Origin: a virus
Lineage: Duplodnaviria; Caudoviricetes
Virus record (IMG/VR): IMGVR_UViG_3300021476_000012
Coordinates: 1-36,938 of that record
Length of the DNA stretch: 36,938 nt
Direction: 5' to 3' (one strand)
Positions 26,614 to 34,176 of the stretch are shown in pieces. The notes beneath the pieces were generated by a model. It was not told the DNA's origin and did not search any database. It worked only from the letters and a program-made list of their open reading frames with translations. The position numbers were made by a program, and so were the translations under genes. The stretch's first letter is position 1; each line of letters begins with the position of its first letter.

Positions 26614-27041
26614 AGTTCGTCCGTTAAAATAATATGCGAAATTTGTTTATAACGTTCAGGGGCTTGGTCTTTTGCTACTTTAGAATCAAGAATAGCTTTA
26701 GAGGCATCAATATAATCACTTCGATTCAACGCAGATATCATGTCTTTGAAATTAAGGAAACCTTGCACGCCAAGGTTGAAGCACATATCAATCAATGCTA
26801 TCTGTCGGTTCTCGCTTAGGCCAGAAAAACATTCAAGATAATGCATGAGCTTAGAAGTAAAATACAAGATATCGTCATCAAGTAGATAAAAGGCCTCAGT
26901 TGTGGATATGCCTCTATCAGATAAGTTGCGCCCAATCCCTACAGTGAGATGACCAGTAGTATCAGAATAAGGAAATTGTCGATAAGACTCATGTTGCACT
27001 AAGAGATTTTTGAGCTTTTGCTTCCCTTCTGGAGTCATCAT
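26610..27041 (-). CDS. Endolysin, T4-type (GH24) lysozyme
   Basis: E-x8-D-x5-T triad (HESYRQFPYSDTTGHLT), VGIGRNL, DMCFNLG. Confidence 0.93.
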   Translation of the reverse strand: MMTPEGKQKLKNLLVQHESYRQFPYSDTTGHLTVGIGRNLSDRGISTTEAFYLLDDDILYFTSKLMHYLECFSGLSENRQIALIDMCFNLGVQGFLNFKDMISALNRSDYIDASKAILDSKVAKDQAPERYKQISHIILTDEL

Positions 27042-27159
27042 GATAGTCCTTTAATAACAATGACGAGTCAATCGTATGACAAGACATATGGCAATGTTCA
27101 CATATGTAATAATCAATCATAACATAAACTTGTTTCTTGCAACATCTACTCACAATCAT
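26989..27159 (-). CDS. Small Cys-rich protein (likely start MIVSRCC)
   Basis: AAGGA RBS; SRCC...YICEHCHMSC. Confidence 0.55.
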   Translation of the reverse strand: MIVSRCCKKQVYVMIDYYICEHCHMSCHTIDSSLLLKDYHDDSRREAKAQKSLSAT

Positions 27160-27170
27160 CCTTGATTCCT

Positions 27171-27368
27171 TTAAAAATTGGCGGCAATCTTCTGGAATTG
27201 CACCAGATAGCTTAAATTCATTGGGGTGTGCTCCACCGTTATGCAATTTGCATAGTCACATGTTGCTATTAAAATATCGTCGGCCATAAAAAATGCCCTG
27301 TGGGTATCAGGGCATTCATAGTAAGGAAATGAACATTTAGGGAGTTTTTTCTTGTAACGATTTATCAA
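27171..27368 (-). CDS. Hypothetical protein, start uncertain
   Basis: Fills gap in operon; no clear RBS. Confidence 0.3.
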   Translation of the reverse strand: MINRYKKKLPKCSFPYYECPDTHRAFFMADDILIATCDYANCITVEHTPMNLSYLVQFQKIAANF

Positions 27369-27519
27369 TCTTCTCGTGCAACGTGTGGATATCTTGTTTT
27401 AAAGAATCCAGTGACCATTCTACATTACTTTTCATATGACGGAAATAGTACATCCCAACAATAAATCCGGTCGGCAAACCGATAATTCCAACGAACAACC
27501 CTAATAAAAATTCGCTCAT
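27337..27519 (-). CDS. Single-TM plus coiled-coil protein (holin/antiholin/spanin candidate)
   Basis: N-terminal TM; RBS hairpin AAUA-AUGGAC-UAUU at 27523-27536. Confidence 0.6.
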   Translation of the reverse strand: MSEFLLGLFVGIIGLPTGFIVGMYYFRHMKSNVEWSLDSLKQDIHTLHEKIDKSLQEKTP

Positions 27520-27572
27520 ATCAATAGTCCATTATTTAGTTTGATTAATATAAATACAATTCAATTCAATTA

Positions 27573-27938
27573 TTAAGAAATTCTTAAATACTGTTCGACA
27601 ATGGCCTTGGCCTCATCAAACCCGCGCGCAATGTCTGCACGATATCCTTGGCCGCGCAAAAAAGTCAACCAATCAGCTTGATATTGCGAAACTACACCGC
27701 CCTCTTTCCGTTTAAGCTCAATATAAAGACCGTGGTAAGACGATCTAGGGTATGGCACTACTATATCGGGTACTCCAGGAGAAACTCCGCTACGCTTAAA
27801 TTTAACCCCTTCTGAAAAGCTCCTACGTCCGCCATTAGGGACAGCATAATGTCTAATCCCTTTTTTTGTCATCCACGTCGATAATATGATCTGTTCTTGT
27901 TCCTCGGTCGGAACCAAAGGAAGGCTTCGTTTCGTCAT
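27573..27938 (-). CDS. VRR-NUC nuclease (Holliday junction resolvase-like)
   Basis: EEQEQ, AVPNGG, GVSPGVPD, LYIELK, SQYQADW motifs. Confidence 0.92.
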   Translation of the reverse strand: MTKRSLPLVPTEEQEQIILSTWMTKKGIRHYAVPNGGRRSFSEGVKFKRSGVSPGVPDIVVPYPRSSYHGLYIELKRKEGGVVSQYQADWLTFLRGQGYRADIARGFDEAKAIVEQYLRIS

Positions 27939-28032
27939 TCTGTACGTCCTTGTACAAAGCATTCAATAATTGAATATATTTTAACCTATATTTCTTAGGT
28001 TTGCACTCAAATCGACGATCCGTTGTCATCAT
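27853..28032 (-). CDS. Hypothetical 59-aa protein (MMTTDRRFECKPKKYRLKY...; not in ORF track)
   Basis: AGGGAG RBS; 3' end overlaps VRR-NUC gene. Confidence 0.4.
   Translation of the reverse strand: MMTTDRRFECKPKKYRLKYIQLLNALYKDVQNDETKPSFGSDRGTRTDHIIDVDDKKRD
27941..27956 (-). promoter_or_regulatory. RBS hairpin UGUAC-AAGGAC-GUACA
   Basis: Contains GUACAAGGACGU, one base from the CsrA SELEX consensus RUACARGGAUGU. Confidence 0.7.
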
Positions 28033-28039
28033 GGCTCCC

Positions 28040-28279
28040 TTATTTTAGATAGAAACTTTCCATATCAAATATTTCTTGGATGTCCAATGTGTCAAATGTA
28101 ATCACTTTTTTCAAAATACCTAACATATTATCTTCAGGATAAATCTTTTTCATTATGCGCTTGAACAAACTAAATTTATTTGCCACGTCCTTATGACAAT
28201 TGCCCCAATCAATATCTATATAAAAAATATACTTTATTTTTTCACATATTCGTTGGCCTAGTTCTATTTCTTGCATCAT
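28040..28279 (-). CDS. Hypothetical protein downstream of replication initiator
   Basis: Overlaps rep 3' end. Confidence 0.55.
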   Translation of the reverse strand: MMQEIELGQRICEKIKYIFYIDIDWGNCHKDVANKFSLFKRIMKKIYPEDNMLGILKKVITFDTLDIQEIFDMESFYLK

Positions 28280-29075
28280 TTGACAGTCCCTTGTCTAAAT
28301 GTTTTCTGTTCCATTCTTGCATGGCTTCCCAGCTTGGATGTCCCGGGCCGAATTCTTTTACTGTTGAGCGTGGTTCATTGATTACTTTATTGGATTTTTG
28401 ATCATTTTCGGGAATATCGGGTCTTTCACGCAAAATCCATAAGCTTGCTTGTGCTTGCCATTCAGCGGACAGCGCCTTTTTCGCTTTATAGTACGCCTTA
28501 AACTTTTCTAGTACCTGTGAAGTGTTCAATTTTCGATCTTGGCATAGCTTTAAGTTTGCTTCGTTGAAACAGAAACCATCAGAGAGAGGCGCGCGTTTTA
28601 TGCGCGCGGGTTTTTTTTCCACTGCATCAGGTTTTATCTTTGTAGGCTCTCTATGCTTTTTATTTTCTTTTGTATTTTCTTTTATATGTAGTAGGCCAGA
28701 ACCGGTCGACCGGTTGACCGCTGGGCGGTAAATTGACCCACCGGTGCTTTCCTGTGGATAACTTTTAAATCGTGAGCCATTTAAAATGCGAATATCATGT
28801 TTACCAAATTGTCCTTTTTCTCCAGATTCTTGAATATATTCAATAAGATTGCATTTTGCTAAATAAGAAAAAATAGATTTTATTTTTGCATTTCCAATGC
28901 TGAAGTGATTTTTGATATGTTCTTTTATTATTATCCAATCTTTAGGCTTACTTTGGAGATATATCCAAACAAATCCTGCTTCCATGTTGGATATATTCTG
29001 AACAACATGGACATTAATTAGCATGTATGGTGTATCTTCATATTCAATTTTTGGGTTATATTTTTCGACTGACAT
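28242..29075 (-). CDS. Replication initiator (wHTH N-terminus, lambda O-like layout)
   Basis: YLQSKPKDW...L.K.NLI N-terminus; low-complexity linker encoded by palindromes; KFKAYY...WQAQASLWI C-terminus. Confidence 0.75.
   Translation of the reverse strand: MSVEKYNPKIEYEDTPYMLINVHVVQNISNMEAGFVWIYLQSKPKDWIIIKEHIKNHFSIGNAKIKSIFSYLAKCNLIEYIQESGEKGQFGKHDIRILNGSRFKSYPQESTGGSIYRPAVNRSTGSGLLHIKENTKENKKHREPTKIKPDAVEKKPARIKRAPLSDGFCFNEANLKLCQDRKLNTSQVLEKFKAYYKAKKALSAEWQAQASLWILRERPDIPENDQKSNKVINEPRSTVKEFGPGHPSWEAMQEWNRKHLDKGLSNDARNRTRPTNM
28700..28761. promoter_or_regulatory. Probable phage origin inside rep: palindrome, iteron-like repeats, DnaA box
   Basis: AACCGGTCGACCGGTT 28700-28715; TTGACC at 28714 and 28733; TGTGGATAA 28753-28761; AT-rich flank. 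Confidence 0.6.
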
Positions 29076-29096
29076 AGAAAATCCTTAAATTAGAGG

Positions 29097-29124
29097 TTGA
29101 CCCGATCCTATGGCCACGTATAAT
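29097..29124 (+). promoter_or_regulatory. Promoter TTGACC-16-TATAAT, antisense to rep leader
   Basis: Near-consensus hexamers just upstream of rep RBS on the opposite strand. Confidence 0.6.
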
Positions 29125-29130
29125 CAGTGG

Positions 29131-29210
29131 TACTAATTAGTTAGTGGTTGACTAAGGTTCAAGGGTTGAACCGAATTTGTTTGGCCGATGTGTTAAAGCA
29201 CATCGGCATT
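29131..29210 (+). ncRNA. Putative ~80-nt antisense RNA with two hairpins
   Basis: GGTTCAA-ggg-TTGAACC 29156-29172 and GCCGATGTG-N6-CACATCGGC 29184-29207 downstream of promoter. Confidence 0.45.
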
Positions 29211-29286
29211 CCAAAACTAAAATATATCTTATTAATCCAAAATTTCCCATCTTTTGCCAATTGAGTGCTGCTCTTTGATTTGCTAA

Positions 29287-29475
29287 TTATTCTATCTCAA
29301 TTTCCCATTTATGTTCAGGATCAGCCACAAATACCATTGCTGACGCATTTCCTACATTATTCACCACCACATCAGACATGATCCATCCCCCAATTGTTTT
29401 TGCCCTGGAAGTGAAACGGGCAGCTTCTTCATTAGGCGATATCAGTTTAAACAAAATTTCCCATTCAAATTTCAT
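29287..29475 (-). CDS. Hypothetical phage protein
   Basis: TSRAKTIGGWI...MVFVADPEHKW; AAGGT RBS. Confidence 0.7.
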   Translation of the reverse strand: MKFEWEILFKLISPNEEAARFTSRAKTIGGWIMSDVVVNNVGNASAMVFVADPEHKWEIEIE

Positions 29476-29507
29476 GTTTTTACCTTTACAATTAAATAAA
29501 ATGTTAA

Positions 29508-29543
29508 TATTATGATATAAATAATAACTTATATATCATAATA
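29508..29543. promoter_or_regulatory. 12-bp inverted repeat operator in divergent control region
   Basis: TATTATGATATA-N12-TATATCATAATA. Confidence 0.6.
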
Positions 29544-29552
29544 GGAAAAAAT

Positions 29553-29732
29553 ATGGAAGAAAAACAAACATTTAAAGTCCTTCCGATCCGGATGGAAGAA
29601 ACGCAATACCGTAAATGGCGCAAGTTAGCTTACTTGAATGAAATGTCAATGGCTGAATTAATTAGACAATTAATGGATGAGAAATTAAAAGAGGCATCAA
29701 AAATGTTGACAAATAGTGATATCGCGATATAA
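29553..29732 (+). CDS. Ribbon-helix-helix (Arc-like) regulator, 59 aa (not in ORF track)
   Basis: MEEKQTFKVLPIRMEETQYRKWRKLAYLNEMSMAELIRQLMDEKL; AGGA RBS. Confidence 0.75.
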   Translation: MEEKQTFKVLPIRMEETQYRKWRKLAYLNEMSMAELIRQLMDEKLKEASKMLTNSDIAI

Positions 29733-29733
29733 T
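29706..29733 (+). promoter_or_regulatory. Consensus promoter TTGACA-16-TATAAT with palindrome ATATCGCGATAT
   Basis: Exact hexamers; palindrome 29719-29730 overlaps -10. Confidence 0.8.
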
Positions 29734-29762
29734 AGTATATATAACAAGAGAGGAGAAATTAA

Positions 29763-29996
29763 ATGATAGATGTCATTGAATATATAAAAGTCGCTGAATC
29801 TGTAGGTTTCACAAGAGACCAAGCTGAATTTCAAGCCAAAAATTTAAATAATGAACTAGATAAGCTAATAACAAAAGAATATTTCAAAGAACATTTAAGC
29901 AATGAGTTTAAATTTTTTGAAAAAAAATTAACAATAAAATTAGGAATGATGATGTTGGGTTGTGTTGGGTTAATGACATTTTTACTTAAACATTAG
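29763..29996 (+). CDS. DUF1640-like protein, paralogue of 26010..26309
   Basis: GFTRDQAE...LITKEY...KLTIKLGMMM; GAGGAG RBS. Confidence 0.75.
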   Translation: MIDVIEYIKVAESVGFTRDQAEFQAKNLNNELDKLITKEYFKEHLSNEFKFFEKKLTIKLGMMMLGCVGLMTFLLKH

Positions 29997-30068
29997 ATTT
30001 ATAGCGGACTAGCTTAGGTTGCACCCTTTGCTAGTCCTAACATAAAAATATCGCAGGAGATATACATT

Positions 30069-30461
30069 ATGATTGGTCATAATATAGCAAAACTACGTAT
30101 TGTTAAGCAAGAACCACGGAAGGAAACATTGGTAATGCATGGAAAAGCATTCCTACAGTTAATCAATACTATTGTGCGTGAATATGGTGTGTATCAAGAC
30201 GGGACATTGTCTGTAGACATCGATTCATTGACTCACATTGACAAAAAATTATTGTTATCACATCTACTTGAAGCATCAGATTACGAATGGGCTTGCGAAA
30301 ACCCTGTCCGGGTTGAAGAAGTCTTTGGTGAGCATTACAAAGTACTTGAACGTCTGATATCCGATTGCGCCGATCAAATCTATCGTGAAGACATGAGAGA
30401 CCATGGTTGCGTAGCCCACTATCGCCGAGACAATGGCGAATGCTATTGGGTAAGGAGATAG
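30069..30461 (+). CDS. Hypothetical early protein
   Basis: AGGAG RBS; 130 aa. Confidence 0.75.
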   Translation: MIGHNIAKLRIVKQEPRKETLVMHGKAFLQLINTIVREYGVYQDGTLSVDIDSLTHIDKKLLLSHLLEASDYEWACENPVRVEEVFGEHYKVLERLISDCADQIYREDMRDHGCVAHYRRDNGECYWVRR

Positions 30462-30629
30462 ATGATGAACATATCAACTATTTACGGCATTTATGGTGAT
30501 GAAACAGTAGTGTTCTTTGATCTAATCGCAGCGGAGAAATACCTCTATAAACATTATCCGGAATGTATGAGTACAAAAGATGCCTGTATTGAAGCATGCG
30601 ATAACATGATTTGGGAAGAAAATATATGA
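30462..30629 (+). CDS. Hypothetical 55-aa protein (MMNISTIYGIYGDETVVFFD...; not in ORF track)
   Basis: AAGGAG RBS; ATGA coupling downstream. Confidence 0.65.
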   Translation: MMNISTIYGIYGDETVVFFDLIAAEKYLYKHYPECMSTKDACIEACDNMIWEENI

Positions 30630-30796
30630 TTAATATTAAAATAGAAGATTTATATAAATTAAAACAACAAAGAGGATATTTAGATTGTATGACTGACATG
30701 AAAGATTTTGTTAAAGAAAAACATGGAATAGATATTTATCCTTTTTTAGAAAAACTTCATGAAAAATATGCAAATAGAATTAATTTAAAAAGATAA
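30626..30796 (+). CDS. Hypothetical protein (start MINIKIE)
   Basis: Coupled ATG at 30626. Confidence 0.6.
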   Translation: MINIKIEDLYKLKQQRGYLDCMTDMKDFVKEKHGIDIYPFLEKLHEKYANRINLKR

Positions 30797-30816
30797 ATGG
30801 TTAGGAGAAAATTTAT

Positions 30817-30987
30817 ATGAATATTGAAATTACAGAAAAAGAAGCTAAACAAATAACTAAATATCATACTAATAAATTAAAGTCATTAGCATTTTTAATT
30901 AATCATGGAAGTGAAAATGATATTAAAAAACTTATATCTTATTGCGATAAAGATAAATTAAATATTTTAAAGCAATTAATTAAATAA
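30817..30987 (+). CDS. Hypothetical 56-aa protein (MNIEITEKEAKQ...; not in ORF track)
   Basis: AGGAG RBS. Confidence 0.6.
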   Translation: MNIEITEKEAKQITKYHTNKLKSLAFLINHGSENDIKKLISYCDKDKLNILKQLIK

Positions 30988-31070
30988 ATCCTCAGAAGAG
31001 ATTCCTTGAGTCTCTTCGAAGGATTTATTTCAGCACTTAAATGTGCATAACTTAACTAGAGGTAATTATT

Positions 31071-31928
31071 ATGAAATTGAGAGCAATTAAACCCGAAGCA
31101 GTACAAAAACGTTTAAAGGCATTATTTTATGGAAGTGCGGGCGTTGGAAAAACCACCGCTGCTATTAACTTCCCGAAGCCTTACTTGATAGACACAGAAA
31201 AGGGCGCAACCAATGACCAATATGTGAAGATGCTGCAAAAGTCAGGTGGCGTCGTTTTCCAAACCACAGACTTTGATGAGTTAGTCAATGAAGTCAAAGC
31301 ACTTTTGACAGAAAAACACGAATATAAGACCTTAATCATCGATCCATTGACCACACTTTATAATGACTTGCTAGAAAAATCAGCGCTCAAGAATGGGACT
31401 GAGTTTGGTCGGCATTATGGTGAGGCCAATAAATCGATGAAGCATTTGCTAAACCTGCTTTTGAGGCTTGATATGAACGTCATCATTACGTCACATGCCA
31501 AGAATGAATATGGTGCAGGGCTATCTGTACTGGGACAGACATTTGATTGCTATAAGAAATTAGATTATTTGTTTGACTTGGTGTTTGAAATACAAAAACG
31601 TGGCAAAGAACGAGTTGGCATTATTAAAAAATCACGAATTGAGATGTTCCCAGACCATGAGACGTTCCCATTTTCATATGATGAAATTGCAAACCGTTAT
31701 GGTCGTGAAGTGTTAGAAAAAGATGCTGTTGCAGAAAAGCTTGCCTCTCGTGAACAAGTGAGCAGATTAAGGATGTTAATTGACCTTTACAAAGAACCCG
31801 AAGAGATCGTCCAAAAATGGCTGGACAAGGCAAACGCAGCTACTCTGGACGAGCTCAACGAAGGGGTCATATTAAAACTCATTAACCACATGGAAAGCAA
31901 GTCAAAAGTACAAGGAGAAACAGCATGA
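31071..31928 (+). CDS. Sak4-like AAA ATPase / single-strand annealing recombinase
   Basis: YGSAGVGKTT, LIDTEKG, TLIIDPLT, IITSH motifs; adjacent SSB. Confidence 0.85.
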   Translation: MKLRAIKPEAVQKRLKALFYGSAGVGKTTAAINFPKPYLIDTEKGATNDQYVKMLQKSGGVVFQTTDFDELVNEVKALLTEKHEYKTLIIDPLTTLYNDLLEKSALKNGTEFGRHYGEANKSMKHLLNLLLRLDMNVIITSHAKNEYGAGLSVLGQTFDCYKKLDYLFDLVFEIQKRGKERVGIIKKSRIEMFPDHETFPFSYDEIANRYGREVLEKDAVAEKLASREQVSRLRMLIDLYKEPEEIVQKWLDKANAATLDELNEGVILKLINHMESKSKVQGETA

Positions 31929-32377
31929 ACATTACTCCAAAATCAGAAGCAGAATTAAAAGCATCATTAATACTTGATGAAGGGATGTATCCCTTCCAAG
32001 TAGTCAATGCAGAAGATGCGATATCAAAATCTGGAAATGAAATGATCAAGATGACACTTAAAGTCTGGAACAAAGATGGAAGCGAAAGGACATTGTATGA
32101 TTATTTATTAGATGCAATGGCTTTTAAACTCAGGCATTTTTGCGCGTCCACTGGATTACTAGAAAAATATGAACATGGAAAATTACATGCCATCGATTGC
32201 ATTGGTAAAACTGGGAAAGCAGATATCATGATCCAACCTGGACAACCAAATGATAAAGGTGGATATTATCCTGATAAAAATTCAGTAAAAGATTATCTTG
32301 CGCCTGATAAGCAATCCATATTAATGCCTTTGAAACCTATTAAAAAAGATGATTTTGATGATGATGTTCCTTTCTGA
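31925..32377 (+). CDS. ssDNA-binding protein (DUF669-like)
   Basis: EGMYPFQV...SKSGNEMIK; acidic DDFDDDVPF tail. Confidence 0.85.
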   Translation: MNITPKSEAELKASLILDEGMYPFQVVNAEDAISKSGNEMIKMTLKVWNKDGSERTLYDYLLDAMAFKLRHFCASTGLLEKYEHGKLHAIDCIGKTGKADIMIQPGQPNDKGGYYPDKNSVKDYLAPDKQSILMPLKPIKKDDFDDDVPF

Positions 32378-32382
32378 ACGAT

Positions 32383-32676
32383 TTAGCCCGCTCCTTGGCG
32401 GGCTTTTATTTTGGAATAAAAATCAAATTTAATTTCATTCTTTTCTATGTCATTTTTTTTTATAAAATAATTAAATATATTAACTATACAAAAAATAAAA
32501 TTTGCTCCTATACCAAATCCATTAATCCAATTATAACCGCAATAATGCCCAGTAATAATTAATACAATAGATACAATGGCATATAAATTAATAAACCAAT
32601 AACTGTTATTCATATCTTTTTTGAAAAGTGTTATTTCTTTGTTACTTATTTCCAATTCAAGATCGACTAAATTCAT
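32383..32676 (-). CDS. Two-TM membrane protein
   Basis: Two hydrophobic segments; ATGA-coupled. Confidence 0.6.
   Translation of the reverse strand: MNLVDLELEISNKEITLFKKDMNNSYWFINLYAIVSIVLIITGHYCGYNWINGFGIGANFIFCIVNIFNYFIKKNDIEKNEIKFDFYSKIKARQGAG
32385..32412 (+). terminator. Rho-independent terminator
   Basis: AGCCCGC-tccttg-GCGGGCT followed by T-rich run. Confidence 0.75.
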
Positions 32677-33170
32677 ATTTTAAGATATCCATCTTCTATT
32701 AATTTAATTAATACTTTCGCAAATGCATTAGCTAAATTCTCATCATAAATATTATGATTAAAAAGTGTATATGAAAAAAATGGGCTTCCAGATTCAAGTT
32801 GGATCGTATCACAATTATAATTAATAGAATTAACTTGTGCTGCAGTATAGCTCTCTTGATTAACAATCAAATTCAATTGCATATTAAAACGAAAGTTATT
32901 AAATGGCTCATCTTTTCTAGTATCTACCATCATTGGAATGAATGATAACAATTCTGATGCTGTGAAAGCTGAATATAATTCATATTCTTTTACTTGTATT
33001 TTTTCATCAATAGAAACCATAGAAAAAGGAAAAAATTTTACGCTATAAGCTGTCTCATTAAAACATTCCCATATAAAAATACTTTTCTGTTTAATTCCTA
33101 GTTCTTTTAATTTCTTGGATAATTCTATTGAGCATACCTGGTATTCTAACTTCATATCAAATCTCATCAA
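32673..33170 (-). CDS. Hypothetical phage protein, paralogue of 34384..34809
   Basis: CSIELSKKLKELG..Q.S...SAFTASEL...AKVLIKLIE.G. Confidence 0.75.
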   Translation of the reverse strand: MMRFDMKLEYQVCSIELSKKLKELGIKQKSIFIWECFNETAYSVKFFPFSMVSIDEKIQVKEYELYSAFTASELLSFIPMMVDTRKDEPFNNFRFNMQLNLIVNQESYTAAQVNSINYNCDTIQLESGSPFFSYTLFNHNIYDENLANAFAKVLIKLIEDGYLKI

Positions 33171-33226
33171 ATATATTTTTCATTATTCTTGATCTAATGT
33201 TACTAATAAATTTATTATACGATCTG

Positions 33227-33487
33227 TCATTGCTTTCCCTTACATCCGCACTCTTCTAAAAATTTATTCTTTAACTCATCTGCAATTTTAATATTTGTTA
33301 GTCCGATATGATTGCATATATCATGCATGAAAAAATTAATATGTATCATTGCCGCAGTCAAATGCTTCAACACCATTTCTTCTTTTTTATCATGAGGAAA
33401 TATTTTCAAAATAGATTTAGCTCTATCTGACATTTCCAAACATAAACACATAATTAACTCAATATCTGAATCTGTAATATCAGTCAT
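33227..33487 (-). CDS. Hypothetical protein
   Basis: In tightly packed operon. Confidence 0.65.
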   Translation of the reverse strand: MTDITDSDIELIMCLCLEMSDRAKSILKIFPHDKKEEMVLKHLTAAMIHINFFMHDICNHIGLTNIKIADELKNKFLEECGCKGKQ

Positions 33488-33495
33488 TTCATCCC

Positions 33496-33726
33496 CTATT
33501 GATTGTTCTTAATCTTATTAACCCAATAGTCATACATCAATTGCATATGTATATGTTCAACATGACAGCATCTTGTATGAGGATGTCGCGCGAATGTTTT
33601 GCTGCATGTATTGCATTGTATTAAGCTCTTAACAATAAATATTTGCTCAGGATTATAAGATTCTGTTGTTGTCATGATATCTTTATGCGAACAAAAATAT
33701 TGTTTAATTAATGATTTTATGGACAT
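33496..33726 (-). CDS. Hypothetical Cys/His-rich protein
   Basis: FCSH...CNTCSK...HPHTRCCH. Confidence 0.65.
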   Translation of the reverse strand: MSIKSLIKQYFCSHKDIMTTTESYNPEQIFIVKSLIQCNTCSKTFARHPHTRCCHVEHIHMQLMYDYWVNKIKNNQ

Positions 33727-33950
33727 GGCGGCAATGGCTTATCAAAATAAATAATATTTTCACATGCTTGCATGAACCATATATATTGTTCGTGTTCAAT
33801 ACATGATTCTGGTAAATTTAACAAATGATAATATTTCTGTATTGTTGCCATTGCATAACCAAGTATCATCAAACATCTACAATTCATATCATTTAATTTT
33901 TGTATATCAAATTCTGTTCGATGTGTTATTTCACTCATACTATTCCTCAC
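33717..33950 (-). CDS. Hypothetical protein
   Basis: Operon packing; start may be MSEITH. Confidence 0.6.
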   Translation of the reverse strand: MRNSMSEITHRTEFDIQKLNDMNCRCLMILGYAMATIQKYYHLLNLPESCIEHEQYIWFMQACENIIYFDKPLPPCP

Positions 33951-34176
33951 TTATTGGTAAGTCATATTTTTTGCAATATATATTAAATACTGATCTTCGC
34001 AAAGATGGATGCAATCCCCAATCAGCTTCATATTTATGAGATAGAATATATCTTGCGAATTTGTCTAATAAATAATCTGGTGGGAAATCCATCATTTTAT
34101 AATAAAGATGATCATCTTCTCCAAATAGTAAAACAATAAATGCTAAGATATTCTTAATTTTATCTGTTTCACTCAC
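33940..34176 (-). CDS. Hypothetical protein
   Basis: GTGA coupling to upstream gene. Confidence 0.65.
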   Translation of the reverse strand: MSETDKIKNILAFIVLLFGEDDHLYYKMMDFPPDYLLDKFARYILSHKYEADWGLHPSLRRSVFNIYCKKYDLPISEE

